NCBI GenBank assembly: GCA_002633005.1
Contig: NMRA01000160.1
Span: forward strand, 1-64,000
DNA from: Phoronis australis
Taxonomy: Eukaryota > Animalia > Phoronida
DNA length: 64,000 nt
Direction: 5' to 3'
Under the pieces are notes generated by a model. It searched no databases and was not told where the DNA came from. It saw only the letters and a list, made by a program, of their open reading frames with translations. This document shows, one piece after another, positions 40,801-52,800 of this stretch; the stretch's first letter is position 1; each line of letters starts with the position of its first letter. The translations under genes were made by a program, and so were the position numbers.

Positions 40801-43800
40801 TACTGTTCGCCTGGTGTCAGCCATGTCTGATGACGGATTGGTTGGTTCAACCAACACAAGCGGAGCTAGCATCGATCCTTTGAAACAGGCTAATACTATT
40901 TCCATCGAACAAAACGACTACCCCTATGGGTTGCTTCAGTTCTCGGACAAAACCACACCCCCAGGAGTAGGGGATCCCATGATTCTTCCAGCGACGTCTG
41001 TGCCAGAGGTGAGTACAGATGACAATGTAATTTCATACAGCTAGCAGATTAAGCCAAACAGGCAATGTTGGTCTTTACTCTGGCTCATTTTGAAACCTGA
41101 GCTCACTGACTAAGAAAATGCCGACTCACATCAATTTCAGCAAGGTTTTTTTGAAAAGCTGTACAAAGTCACGTAAGCAAGGGTCAAGGGATGAGCAAAA
41201 GCCAACCCTGTACCATTTTTGCTCATCTCTAGTGAATTTTTTGAAAAGCTGTACAAAGTTACGTAACCAAGGGTCAAGGATGAGCAAAAGCCAACCCCGT
41301 ACCATTGTTGCTCATCTCTAGTGAATTTTCTTTTCTGAAGACGTGAGCCCCTGAAAATACCTCACCACCTACTTGATTGTCAAAAAGAAACAGCCCAGAA
41401 CCAACTGTTTTTTTGTTTGGCCTAACATAATGAGGCAATAGGTCCATCCTGAAGTGACACAGCACCACTCGTATTCTAAGGTATTTACCCACTATGGAAC
41501 ACTAATTGCACAAGTCACTGTCGTATATCTTTATTATGTAATTCATGATTGCAATGCAGGCAGACTAAATCACTTTTGTTATTACATTTTGAGTTGGAAT
41601 GCTGACACCAAGAAAGAGGTCAAAAGTCAAAAGGTCAAATATCAGTGTAGGATGTGCTTCCCTTTTTAATCAAGTCGGGAATGCATGACATTATGTAAAT
41701 TAGGTCAGTCATGCAATGTGCTTTGCTAAAACCACGAAAGAAGAAATTTGTCCCCTGTGTTACAGACAATAAGATATGGGTGCATACTTGACTGTATACA
41801 CTACATTAGTTACATCCAATTGGCAATTCCATTGTGTTGTGTCCACTCAGTTCTAGTGAGGATATCACAAAATCTTGATAGCCCAGCAAAAGATCTGCGC
41901 CATTCATCTTGTGTGTCTGGATTCACTGTTGATCAAACACAATGTACCTTGAACTCGACTCCTGTCACAATAAAGCTGCGCCAATGCTGCAAGAATGTAT
42001 TCAAATTTGAACTCGGACTGCAATTCTTCCTTAAGTTTGTTGGAGGTATTTTTCCTGTGGTCGATCTCTGTGAGCTGCATGCGGTCATCAACACATGAAA
42101 ACTGTAAACTAAGTGAGTTTTGTTTGTGAAGAAGAAAAAGAGGAACCGGCCAAAAGGTGGTGCTGAATGGGGAGGAGTATAGTGGAGTGTCATTTGTTGT
42201 CGCACAATGTTTTTGCGTCATGATTATCACACAGTTCTGTTGTTAACTGTATCCATTGTTCTCCAGGTGAGAGTAGCTGAAGAGAGTGGTACAGCCAGGC
42301 TACTGGTGGTGCGAGCGCAGGGAGTGACGGGCCGTGTCAGCATCGAATGGAGAACTGTAGATGATGTGGCGAAGAGCGCTGGCAAGACTCCTCCTGACTT
42401 CATTGTGAGTAAAAAATCATCCAATTCTTTCCCTTCTATGTGGCTACTTGGAGTTTATGTCCCTAAAAACTTGTAAACCAAGCCGTGGACCGTCATTATA
42501 CGCGCTCATCCAGCACACTGTAGAAATGCAGTCCCAAATGTTATAACCCGGACTGAAGGTCTTGTTATTGTTGAAGGCAAGAATCTGAATTCCTCTACAG
42601 GGAGTGATACCTGAAACTCCTTTACGGCATTCTTTTAAGGTTACATTGAGTGCTGCTATGACCTGTCAAAGGTAGCCAATTTTAAAAGGTAAAATAACAT
42701 AAGAACGATGCAATTTGTTGAACCAAAAATAATACCTGTAAGAGTTTTATTCTGAATGCGGAATTACCTATAAAGGAAGAGGTGGCAACCAGCCTAATGT
42801 CACTTCTTAATTCTGTATGAGTGCCGGAAAATTAAATCAAAACGTTCGTGAAACTGGATGTCCCAAAGCAATGGTCAGCTTACCAAAACAGCAGTCAATA
42901 TACCTTTATGGTTAAACCCACTGCACCAACTGGGTGTGATCACTAGTGATGTTGATGTCTCGCTGGTACTCGGGGTGGTGAGGTAGTGCCTTACGTTGCT
43001 GTCTGTGACCGTGTAACATCAAATAAATGAATTTTACATTGCGACATATGAAACTAAGACCAACAGTAAACCACTAGCGTTAATTAAACATTAATTTTGT
43101 AGTTAGCGTGAACATGAGGTAGGAAAAGGGTGCATTTATATTTGGGAAATCATATTAAGTAGATGATAATGGACTCCACGAAGTTGGCTGGACTCGGCTA
43201 TCAATGGCTTTCACCAACTAGGTAATATAGCTCGCAGTTTGACATTCTATGCGACACTAGTTTTAAATTTTTTAATCGTTATTTGGTTTCATCTTTTGCA
43301 TGGTGTAGCAATGTAAAATATCATGTTTTATGTAGAAACGTGCCTTTGAAAAGCCCAAGATGAGTAAAAGCGATTGGGTTTATACGACCTTGGGCTATTG
43401 GGCATCTGTACCTTGGGCTATTGGGCATCTGTACCTTGGGCTGTTGGGTTTCTGTTTAATGGACAGATGAATTGATTTCCCTTTCGGCCCTTTTACATCC
43501 TGTCTCTGAATTGACACGTGATCGGGTGCTGCGGCAACATGCACTGAATACCAGAGATTTGACAGATGCATTAGGAAGTAATTTTTGGTTTCATAGCTTT
43601 TCCAGATGATTTGTCTTTTTGTTTGTACTGATTATAATAAAGTGTTCAGAGTATGTGGCTTTGTCCTGTGGCGATCATGAACTGAATTAACTTTAGGTGG
43701 CAGCACTAGCTATTCTATATTGACATAATGTAATGAATGAAAAAAATGCTGCCGATTTATGGCATGGCCTTAAGTATTTACGATAATGCTGTGTTAATGT

Positions 43801-46800
43801 TTGTAAGTTACTGGCTTAAAAGACTGTATTATAGAGGTATGTCCCATCTAAATTCAAGTTGCTGTAAAAATTGTGCAGAGTTGTAATTAACACTGAGTAT
43901 CTGTTGATCAAAACTGAAACTGGATATTTTTAAATATTTTTATTCCGGTGTTCAATTGCTAAGGGGGAATGAACCCAGTTTATTCCATTTTCTTTATTTT
44001 GGAATGTTACTTTTAATACGTTTCTCGCTAACCTTCACCATTTTACATGTTTACAGTATTATACACAAAAATATGATCAAGTGCTATGTTTTTAGATGCG
44101 AGTGATGTGGACATTTCTGCAAACTTCTTCCAATCTTTGGAGTTCTTTTAGTATTTGAAGTGCAGATAATAAATTTGTTTGTCTTTGCCGGCCTGTTGTC
44201 TCACCTCGGTATAAGAGCACTTTGTCGCCTTGGGTGTTTTTGAGTTCACTGTGGTCATCACCCTCGTTGCTATTTATTTCCACCAGAGTGGTACTGAGTG
44301 GGACGCTCTTCAGTGCTGTCATGGGTGATGGAAAATCTGGAACTCGTCTCTAGGTCAGTGTGCCAGTTTAAGTACACGACCCAGAAGCTATCATACATCT
44401 CGTGATGTCTGCGTGCTTATGAAATGCTCTGAGTGATTATCCCAATTATTCCACAGTCTGGTGGTAACTGGCAAAATAGTTGTGTCTGATTTTCTTATTG
44501 ATTCCTATATCCTTGGGTATGTTTACTAATATTACTATTGCCTATGTACGTGATCGTCTGCTGCTAACTAAGCATGTCTCTTAGTACTTTGGGTATTGTG
44601 CCAAGAAGGCCAACAGAAAACAATTCTTGTGGTTTCACTCATTAAAAAATATTAGAGACCACCGCAGATCAATAATAGTCTGGCAAAATGTTGTTTTTCA
44701 GTTTTTGTAACACTAGTCCACAAAGTGATTTTGAGTTTCAAGATTTGACTTTGCTTTCTGTGGTAAGAGTTGAATTTTATCATTTACATTAAATATTTGC
44801 TCATTATCTTTTGAAATATTTAATATTTTAATACCAAATAAAAATGTTTTCCATGAAAATTTGCAGATCATTGCAAAGCTGATTAATGTGTCATTTTATG
44901 GCCATTTTGAATTTGAAATTCTGATGAAAACTAAGAAAAGGTTGCCAAGTAATAATTAACATTTGTTTTCTTGGTTTTCCAAGAATGTAGAATTTACATT
45001 TTATTTCTGTATTTTCCCAGCCTGTTTATAGTGCAGGCCAGACAGAAAAAGTAACTTAAGAACTACGTTCACTAGAAAAGTTGTAAACAACATGCCTAGT
45101 TGGAGTTGCACTTGATAAATGCATTGATGGTAATCCTTTTGATAATCAGCAACAGATCTACCTTTTGCCAAATTATTGAATGTGCGATTACCTCACGTTG
45201 CGCCATTTTGTTCTGGTGGCGCATTCTTTCCTCAAATTTCTGTTCATTGATTTGAAAGCAGTTTCCATGAGCAAAAGTTCCAACATTAGATGTCTTTGAA
45301 ACCCAGTTACTATAGTGCACTCTTTGTAGTATTTGTAGCTTGAGATTTCATCTTAAACATTATTTATATTGGTCATGTGATTGCTACTGTCGGCACAAAC
45401 ACAATTGCCGTCCTGCCCCCCAGTTCAAGTCCCTCAACCAGCACATGCCACCTCTTTGGACAACTAGTCCCTCACCCAGTAGATTCTGCTCTTGAGTTGC
45501 CACCCGGTGACCAACACATGCCCCCTCATCTTGTAGCCACCACCCCCAACCAATACACACCCTAGCCAATACTCAGCTCTTAAACAGTGCTGAAGGTTCA
45601 CTGGAGGACTTTTCACCACTTGCTGAAATACATATTATAAACCAAACGAATGGAAGGAAAGTTCTTGTTCAGTATGTTAGTACTAACCAAATCAAATTCC
45701 CTTTACACATTTAGTAAACCGCAACCGGTCTTACTGGCTATGTTTCGCCTTTTTTACCTTCCTCTAACATCAACGAATCAAATCGTCTGCCAACTTCTAT
45801 CCTTAGTTTTTGAAGTAATGACATCATGTAGTGACCCGAATGCCCAGTGAAGGCTTTAGTGCAGGAGTTCAGCGTTAGATTAAAAAATGCTTAAGATAAA
45901 TGTGTTCACACAATCGCAATTGCGATGTGTGTGGGTTAATGTTTGATGTGCAGTTCGAATGTGATGTGTATGGCACTTGATTCTACACTGTCTTTCACTG
46001 TGTGGATTTCCAACTCTATTTAAGGGTTGGTCTACTGGCTATTTGCAACCCCACCTTGCAGCTGGTAACTGTTCTAGTAATAGATCATCCCTTACACAGG
46101 CTGTCCTCATATCAGTCGTCCTCAAACCCCTTGTAAGTGAACTCGTGATCAAATTTGCACTCCAAATCAAAACAGTGTTTCAATTTTATTTCACTTCATT
46201 TCATGCTCTATTATTCTTTACACAAGTTTTGCTATAAAAATATTAATATATAAAATATCCATATTTTTTGGAGCCTGGGACTCATTTGATGAAACTTAGA
46301 TGCGGGCCTCTTTCAAAACGAACATAAATTTCCAATGTAAATGATTTGGGGATTTTGTTCTTAAAAACCCCATGCGCCATGAAGTGCCACCTTTTGAACC
46401 ATTTTTTATGGTGAAACCGTTTGTTTGATATTCATAATTACATATAAAAATTAGACAAAATGGAGTTCATTGATTTCTGCACTGGAAAGATTCATTGCCG
46501 CTGCCTTGATTCATTCCAGTTTGATTTTTGAAGTTTTGGCTAGACCTAATTAGCGCTAATTAAGTTTCATAAAATTGGTCCCAACATTTTCACTAGTTAA
46601 TCAGATAATCTCATTAAGTTTAGTACTAAAACACTATACCAACATCTGGTAAAATTTCCTGCCGGCTTTCAGAGATTCCTTGGGAAAGCGTCGACTTCGC
46701 ATATAAAGTTGTGTTTCACGTGAACACACGGGTCATCGTTCCATGAGTATTCGCTGTCACGTGTGGCTGCCAGGCATCGCACAAAATCCGGCTCTGGTGC

Positions 46801-49800
46801 CTTGTGTCCTTGCCAGTTTGTGAAAGATACTTCTTTTGTGTCCATGCGGTCCTTCCATACCCAGCCTTGCCACTTTTTGTCTCGTCTGCCACCGAGCCAC
46901 CATGACTCTACATCTCGTAACTCTGTGGAAGTTATGATAACTATAGACAAATTTGGCTAACTTCATAATATCATATCTCAGAAATGTCCGTACGGATTCA
47001 TACGAAACTTTCAGATAGAACACTTTATGCACTGTTCTTCAAAACACTCTTCTGTGAGGGATTGTTTTCGAAATGTTCATTGGGTATCAAAGACTAGGAC
47101 GTTAAAATGATTTTCATGAAAAAATTCAAAAGCTGATTAAATTTGATTAAAGTTAGCGTTTTACAAAATATTTGAAAGTTTATCTGTTCGTGGCTGAAAT
47201 ATTTATGTTGTACTGTTAGATGGTGGAATTTACAAAGGACCTTAATGTCATTATGCGCGAATTCCTGAAACTGTGCATTTACACCTAGTGTGTGGCTCCA
47301 GGGCTGCCTTCTGTAGACGCAAGGACCTCGCAAAATCACAAGATCATGCAAGACTTCATGGTTATTGCTATTTTCAAGCGAAGCACATGATTTCACTGTA
47401 ATATTCGTGTGCTGAACTAATTCATCATTAAGTTTCCGTTGTCGCTCAGCAACCGGGTGTGATCTTAGTGGCATAACAATTGTTTTTTCAGTGTCTTTTA
47501 ATGAGTTTATAATCACATGATAGTTACTTCCCCATTGCACCTAATTTTTCATTTTTTTCTCTTAAGTATACTGTCAACTCCAAAACTATTTTTTTTCAGT
47601 TGGACTGCCTTGTTACAAATTCGTAAAAGTTCTTCAGTTTAAAATGGAGAAGCCCAACAAGTGAAATTTTATTTTGTCAAACTTTTTTTTACTTTGTTGT
47701 TAGCACGGTTTGTACACCACACGTCTGCCACCAAACAGCATTTGGTAAAATTTCAAGCATTTCTGACAATTAAATGTAGTATACTTTTGTAGTAGGCTAC
47801 GAAATACTGCCGAGTATTTTTGAAAATGATTTATTTACAATAATCAAAAATTTTAGAAAATGCTGTTCAACGACAGATCAAGCTCTTCCCTATTCAGCAC
47901 ACAACATAAAGGACAAATGAAAATTATTTTGTCAAATTTCTCAACCAAACTAAAGAGGAAGAATATTTTAGTCCATTGTTACCTAAGCTTAGATTGTGAA
48001 AATATCATGAAACAGTATGTGACAGAAGTTTCCGTTATCTTTGGTAGTGCCATCAGGCTTTAAAAATTAGAAAAATGCTGGTTTTGTCAATTATTGTTTT
48101 ACGCAATCAGTGAAGAATTACTATATGTTATACAAAGTATGCAAACGATATAGTTATGCTTTGGTAGAGTTTTGTTTCAGTTTTGTTGAGAAATTTCAGC
48201 AAAATGAAATTCTAGTTTCCCCATCTCACTGCGAGTTTATCACAGAAGAATTACCTTTTGTGTTTAAAAAGTATTGTTCAGTGGACAACCTCTTTGAAGG
48301 GTCATATATACAGTACAAGGCAAAAGTAATCAGACATAACACCATTTTTCAGTCAAATGTGAATGGCAAAGTAATAACAATTGGGGCGGCAAAATTCTGT
48401 TTACAAAATGGCTGAGCCAACTTTTTAACTTTCCTGTCACTTCCCCTTCAGTCTCAATCGTGAGGGAAGACTACTACAGTGACAATATATTCTGTTTCCA
48501 GCCCGCCGTCGTGACTGGTAATTTCAGGTCATTTTGCCTGAATACTTATAGCCTGTACAGCAAGTGTTACTCACTCAGTGAAATTGACAAATTGACAATT
48601 GAGAAAGTTGGAAGTCAAACATTTTGCAAAATTGTTTTAAATTAGGTGTAAGTTAGGGTACAGTTAATGGCATTGTCAACTCTTAGATATGGCAAAATCT
48701 CTCCAATACTTTAAAGATGTATCTACTTGCTCCTAATTCACTACGCTAACGTAAAGCAGACACTAAATGGCAGAGCTATTTTAACATTAACTATGCTAAA
48801 AAAGTGCAGTTGTATCAACTGAGTACTTGCAAATGTGAAAACAAAAAGATTCTGCAAATAGGTGACCTTTGCACTAATGACGTTCCTCGAGGGCTCACAT
48901 AGCCCGCATCCTGCAGTATTGTTCCCCTACACCACGTCACAATACTTACTGGACATGATTGAGTGATTTGTGGCTGATCATTTTTGACACAAAACTCGTT
49001 CTTAAATACATTTGGCAATTTTCCAACTTCCCCATACTCACATTGTGGCTATATGTTGTGTTTCTAACTAATTTGGCCAAGCAATTACACAGATAAGGAA
49101 TTAACGTGCAAGTTCCACTTTAATGTCCCAGTTGAGCTGTTACTTATTACAAACTATGATAATTCTCCACTAATTTTGCACAAAAATAATTTTATGGGCG
49201 TTGGAACTATTACAAATGTTACCTGGAGTGTTCTTCAAGAGATACTTGAGCAGAAAATTCTCCCTGGTTGTCTCTATGAACACCAGGTGTCCTCCCTGTG
49301 CTAGGCAGTGTTCATTTGCCGAGCTCCACGTGTCGTTGAAGGTGGAGAAGCGATAACATGAGACCCAGTTGTTGAACCCCATGTAGCCCGACGGGCATTG
49401 CAAACTGTCCGTACGAGACACACAAGAATTGTTCAACCGGCTTTCGTTAGTCATCTGCGGCATCCGATAGGTGGCATTGATCTCCGCCAGCAAGTTCACC
49501 TTTTCCCGTATTTGGTACAGCTCTTGCAGTATTTGAATTTGTACTTTCCTGAGTATGCTGTTTACGCAGTCGCTGAAGGCTTCGGTATCAGCGGGAGGTT
49601 TCTGCGTCATTGAAATCATCTTACTTTTTGTTGACATGGAGCCGTATACTGGCACTGCTTTAATGTCACGTGACCCTTCGGTTCTTGTTTGGTTGTCAGC
49701 ACCATTATCCGAATCCATCGGAATGTGCACACCAGCTACAATATAGTTCAACTGTAGTACCACAATAGCTTGTAGTATTAAGGTCTTCATCTTCATTCAG

Positions 49801-52800
49801 GCTTGGAATTGCTCTGTGATTTATTAGTGGCTACTCAGACTTGCTGTTCTTTCTCTAGTTAAGTGCTATTGGCCAATGTACTCAGCTGTGTTTACTATCA
49901 CTTCATTCATACTTTTATAGGGGACGAGCTTGCTGGGTGGCTGGGGATAAGTCCATTTACAAATAGGGGGTTGGAGGTCTTCTAAAGTGGCTGTTCTCTG
50001 CTTAGTTTCATCTTGGTGCAAGTTAACAGTCTTCAGCCAATTGTGTGGGATTTTGTTTTAACAGTTTCGAGCTGAGATTTAATGATGACTTCTCTGTTTT
50101 TGACTGTGTTTTGCTGCACTTCTGTATGTTTACGATCTACTGCAAGAGTCTATGTTTGTCAATCATTTTAACCTCTTTCCCATACAGTTAACTTTGCTAC
50201 AATCGAAGCTTCGATGTTAACTGCTTAATTCCAAAGTTAAGTGTGAGTGCTCACGTCAGCTTCAGAGTTGTAGTTCAGCTAAGTTATCGCAAGGTGGAAC
50301 TAATATGACCTTCACCTATTGCAAATATGGACGGTGCACTCTCAAATGTTCAATGATTTTAAATTTTTTATAAGGAAAGAATCCAGCCTAAAACGTGGAC
50401 AAATTGAAACAATGGTTGTACTGCCAAAATAACAAATCTTGGAACAAAATATTAGCAAATATTAACAAGTTACCGCCTGCTGTTAGGGAGTGCAATGACA
50501 CCTGCCGATATCTCCGATGGCATCGAAGTTAAGTATTCTCATTATACCGAAGTGTCTACGCTTTGCTGTTCAATCTACTTCTTAAATTTGGAGTTAACTA
50601 GCGATGTTAACTTCGATAAAAGGCAGTAGTCAAGTGTTCCACTGACCGAAGCTTCGGTGATACCAAAGCTTCGGAGGCAGTGGGAGATGCCTTTTTGTCA
50701 TCATCAGTCAATGTCATTGGTCAACGTCATCATGAGCCATCATCATTGCCACCATCTTTTTTCCATTCAATTACACCAGTTGCTGCTCTGTAGAGTGCTT
50801 TCAATCATGTACCTTAACTGACACATGTCACGGAGGGGCAAATATTTCGGCTAGTACATTCATTGACAGCGAACATCATTTTGCTGATATCCACAACTGA
50901 GGCTTTATAAGTGTCAGATTGAAATTTCAATTAATAATCACAAAAATGACTTGCCGTATTCGCCGTAATAACCGCCCATGCCCCTATAAGCGCCCCCCCA
51001 CGCGTTTTCAGACTTTGCTGAAATACGCGCCCAGTCCATGAACGTGTACATGCGAACAATGACGTACCTGCTGTCCTAAAACTCGGCTACAGTAACGTCT
51101 TCAATTTATCAAAAAATTTTTGCACGGGTCTTCTAGACCACCAGCGGCATTGCTACGTTTGTATTTAGCCGTGACTTTACACTTCAAAGTAACGCAGCGC
51201 TTCAAAAAGAACGCAACAACGCACTATGGTCTGACCGTTCAGTAGACACATCAACTGTCTCATGAATAAAAATAACTCGGTGTTAAACGCAAGTGGCCAG
51301 GAAGCGCGTGCTACAGGAACCTGTCATCAAAGACATTAGTTGGGAACTATCCATTCATGAAACGGGTAGCATAGCATCAATAAGAAATGAATATTGGCAC
51401 TAATTTCTGACAATTTCTAATACTATAAAACATGTTTGCATTATTTTTGAGATGGATTGTTTTATTAACCATAATTGGTGTTTTTAAGCCGAATATCCGA
51501 TAAAATGACAACTGACAGTGAATGCTTACACACCCTTACACCGAAAAATAACTGTCAGATAGTTACGTATGCATCCAGCTACACGGCGACTAATATGGAC
51601 CTTGCCGAGACAAATGTCGAAAGTTTTTAGCACGAGACCGGCAAGTGCTGAATGAAACACGCTCTGGTTTGGCCTACTGCTTGTGCAGATTTCTTTAGAT
51701 ACATCTAGCTAGTTAGATTGCGTGGCTCTGGCCAAAAGGCAATCTCTGCTTTGGCAAATGAACTCTGGTGACACGCACGCGCTCACTTACTCGCAAACGA
51801 ACTTCAAAACAAACGTCACGTGACAATAACATGTGTGTTCGTCGACTTACATAGTAAATGTGTTCGTCCAGACATTATTCTCGCCGTGTTGCCGATCATA
51901 CATGTAGATGGCACGATGTTGCACAGATTTGTATTTAAACCTGCCGTTAATCCAGACTACACAGGAACTTAAAAACCTTAGAGACGCTACTTATAAAACT
52001 TAATGAGGATTTCAGGTAATTTGTCGAAACCATTTTTATTCAAGCATTGAAGTCGCCTTATCGAAGACGGCGATTTCGAGGCAGTCAGTCGGCGAGTTTT
52101 CGCCCTGGGATTTCAGCACAATTTTCTGTAAAATGATCGTAATTTAGCAGCAAAGTTTGATAGCAATGCACCACAGTTTTGTTGAAAGTCTTTCATAGGT
52201 TACATATACGTCACAGAGCGTAAATTTGATGAATCGTAGCTTCCGATTTCACCCGTTTCGGAGACTGGGTTTCAACCGCCTTGGGTTATAATAAGCGCCC
52301 CCCTGAACCGAATTTTTCCAAACGCCCTGGGCGGTTATTACGGCGAATACGGTAAGGCACAGCTTAGTAGTCAGGTTTCACAAGTTCCCTAAATGACCAC
52401 AATTGTATATCACTGTTGTAATTTTTATATTCATAACTAATAGGTGAATAATTCAAACAAACGGTTATTGGAGTAGATTAATTATACAACTGTTTCATTT
52501 TTAAAATGTAACCTCTGGTCAACAATTCGTTGTTTTCAAGTGTTCCTTCTGGTGTGGAAAATTACAATAATTGAAAGATGAGGGTTCAACAATAAGATTT
52601 TAAACTGAACAGCTGGAATAGTGGCTGCCTGGAGTGGGCAAAAATCTTTTACAAAACGTTTTCTGCTTCACAATATAACCCGCCTTTGAAGTTTGATTAC
52701 TCAAGACCACTTGTGCTGTTTTTAGCCCAGTGATTCAATGTAAGATTTACTTTCTAAATTTGTAGCCATGACGATGCTGCGGGCGTTACCATCTTCAAAA

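Noticed and set aside
47094-48645. ORFs of 148, 101, 67 and 61 aa within the lectin intron
   Set aside because: No recognisable motifs; lectin exons 1 and 2 already join into a complete CTLD
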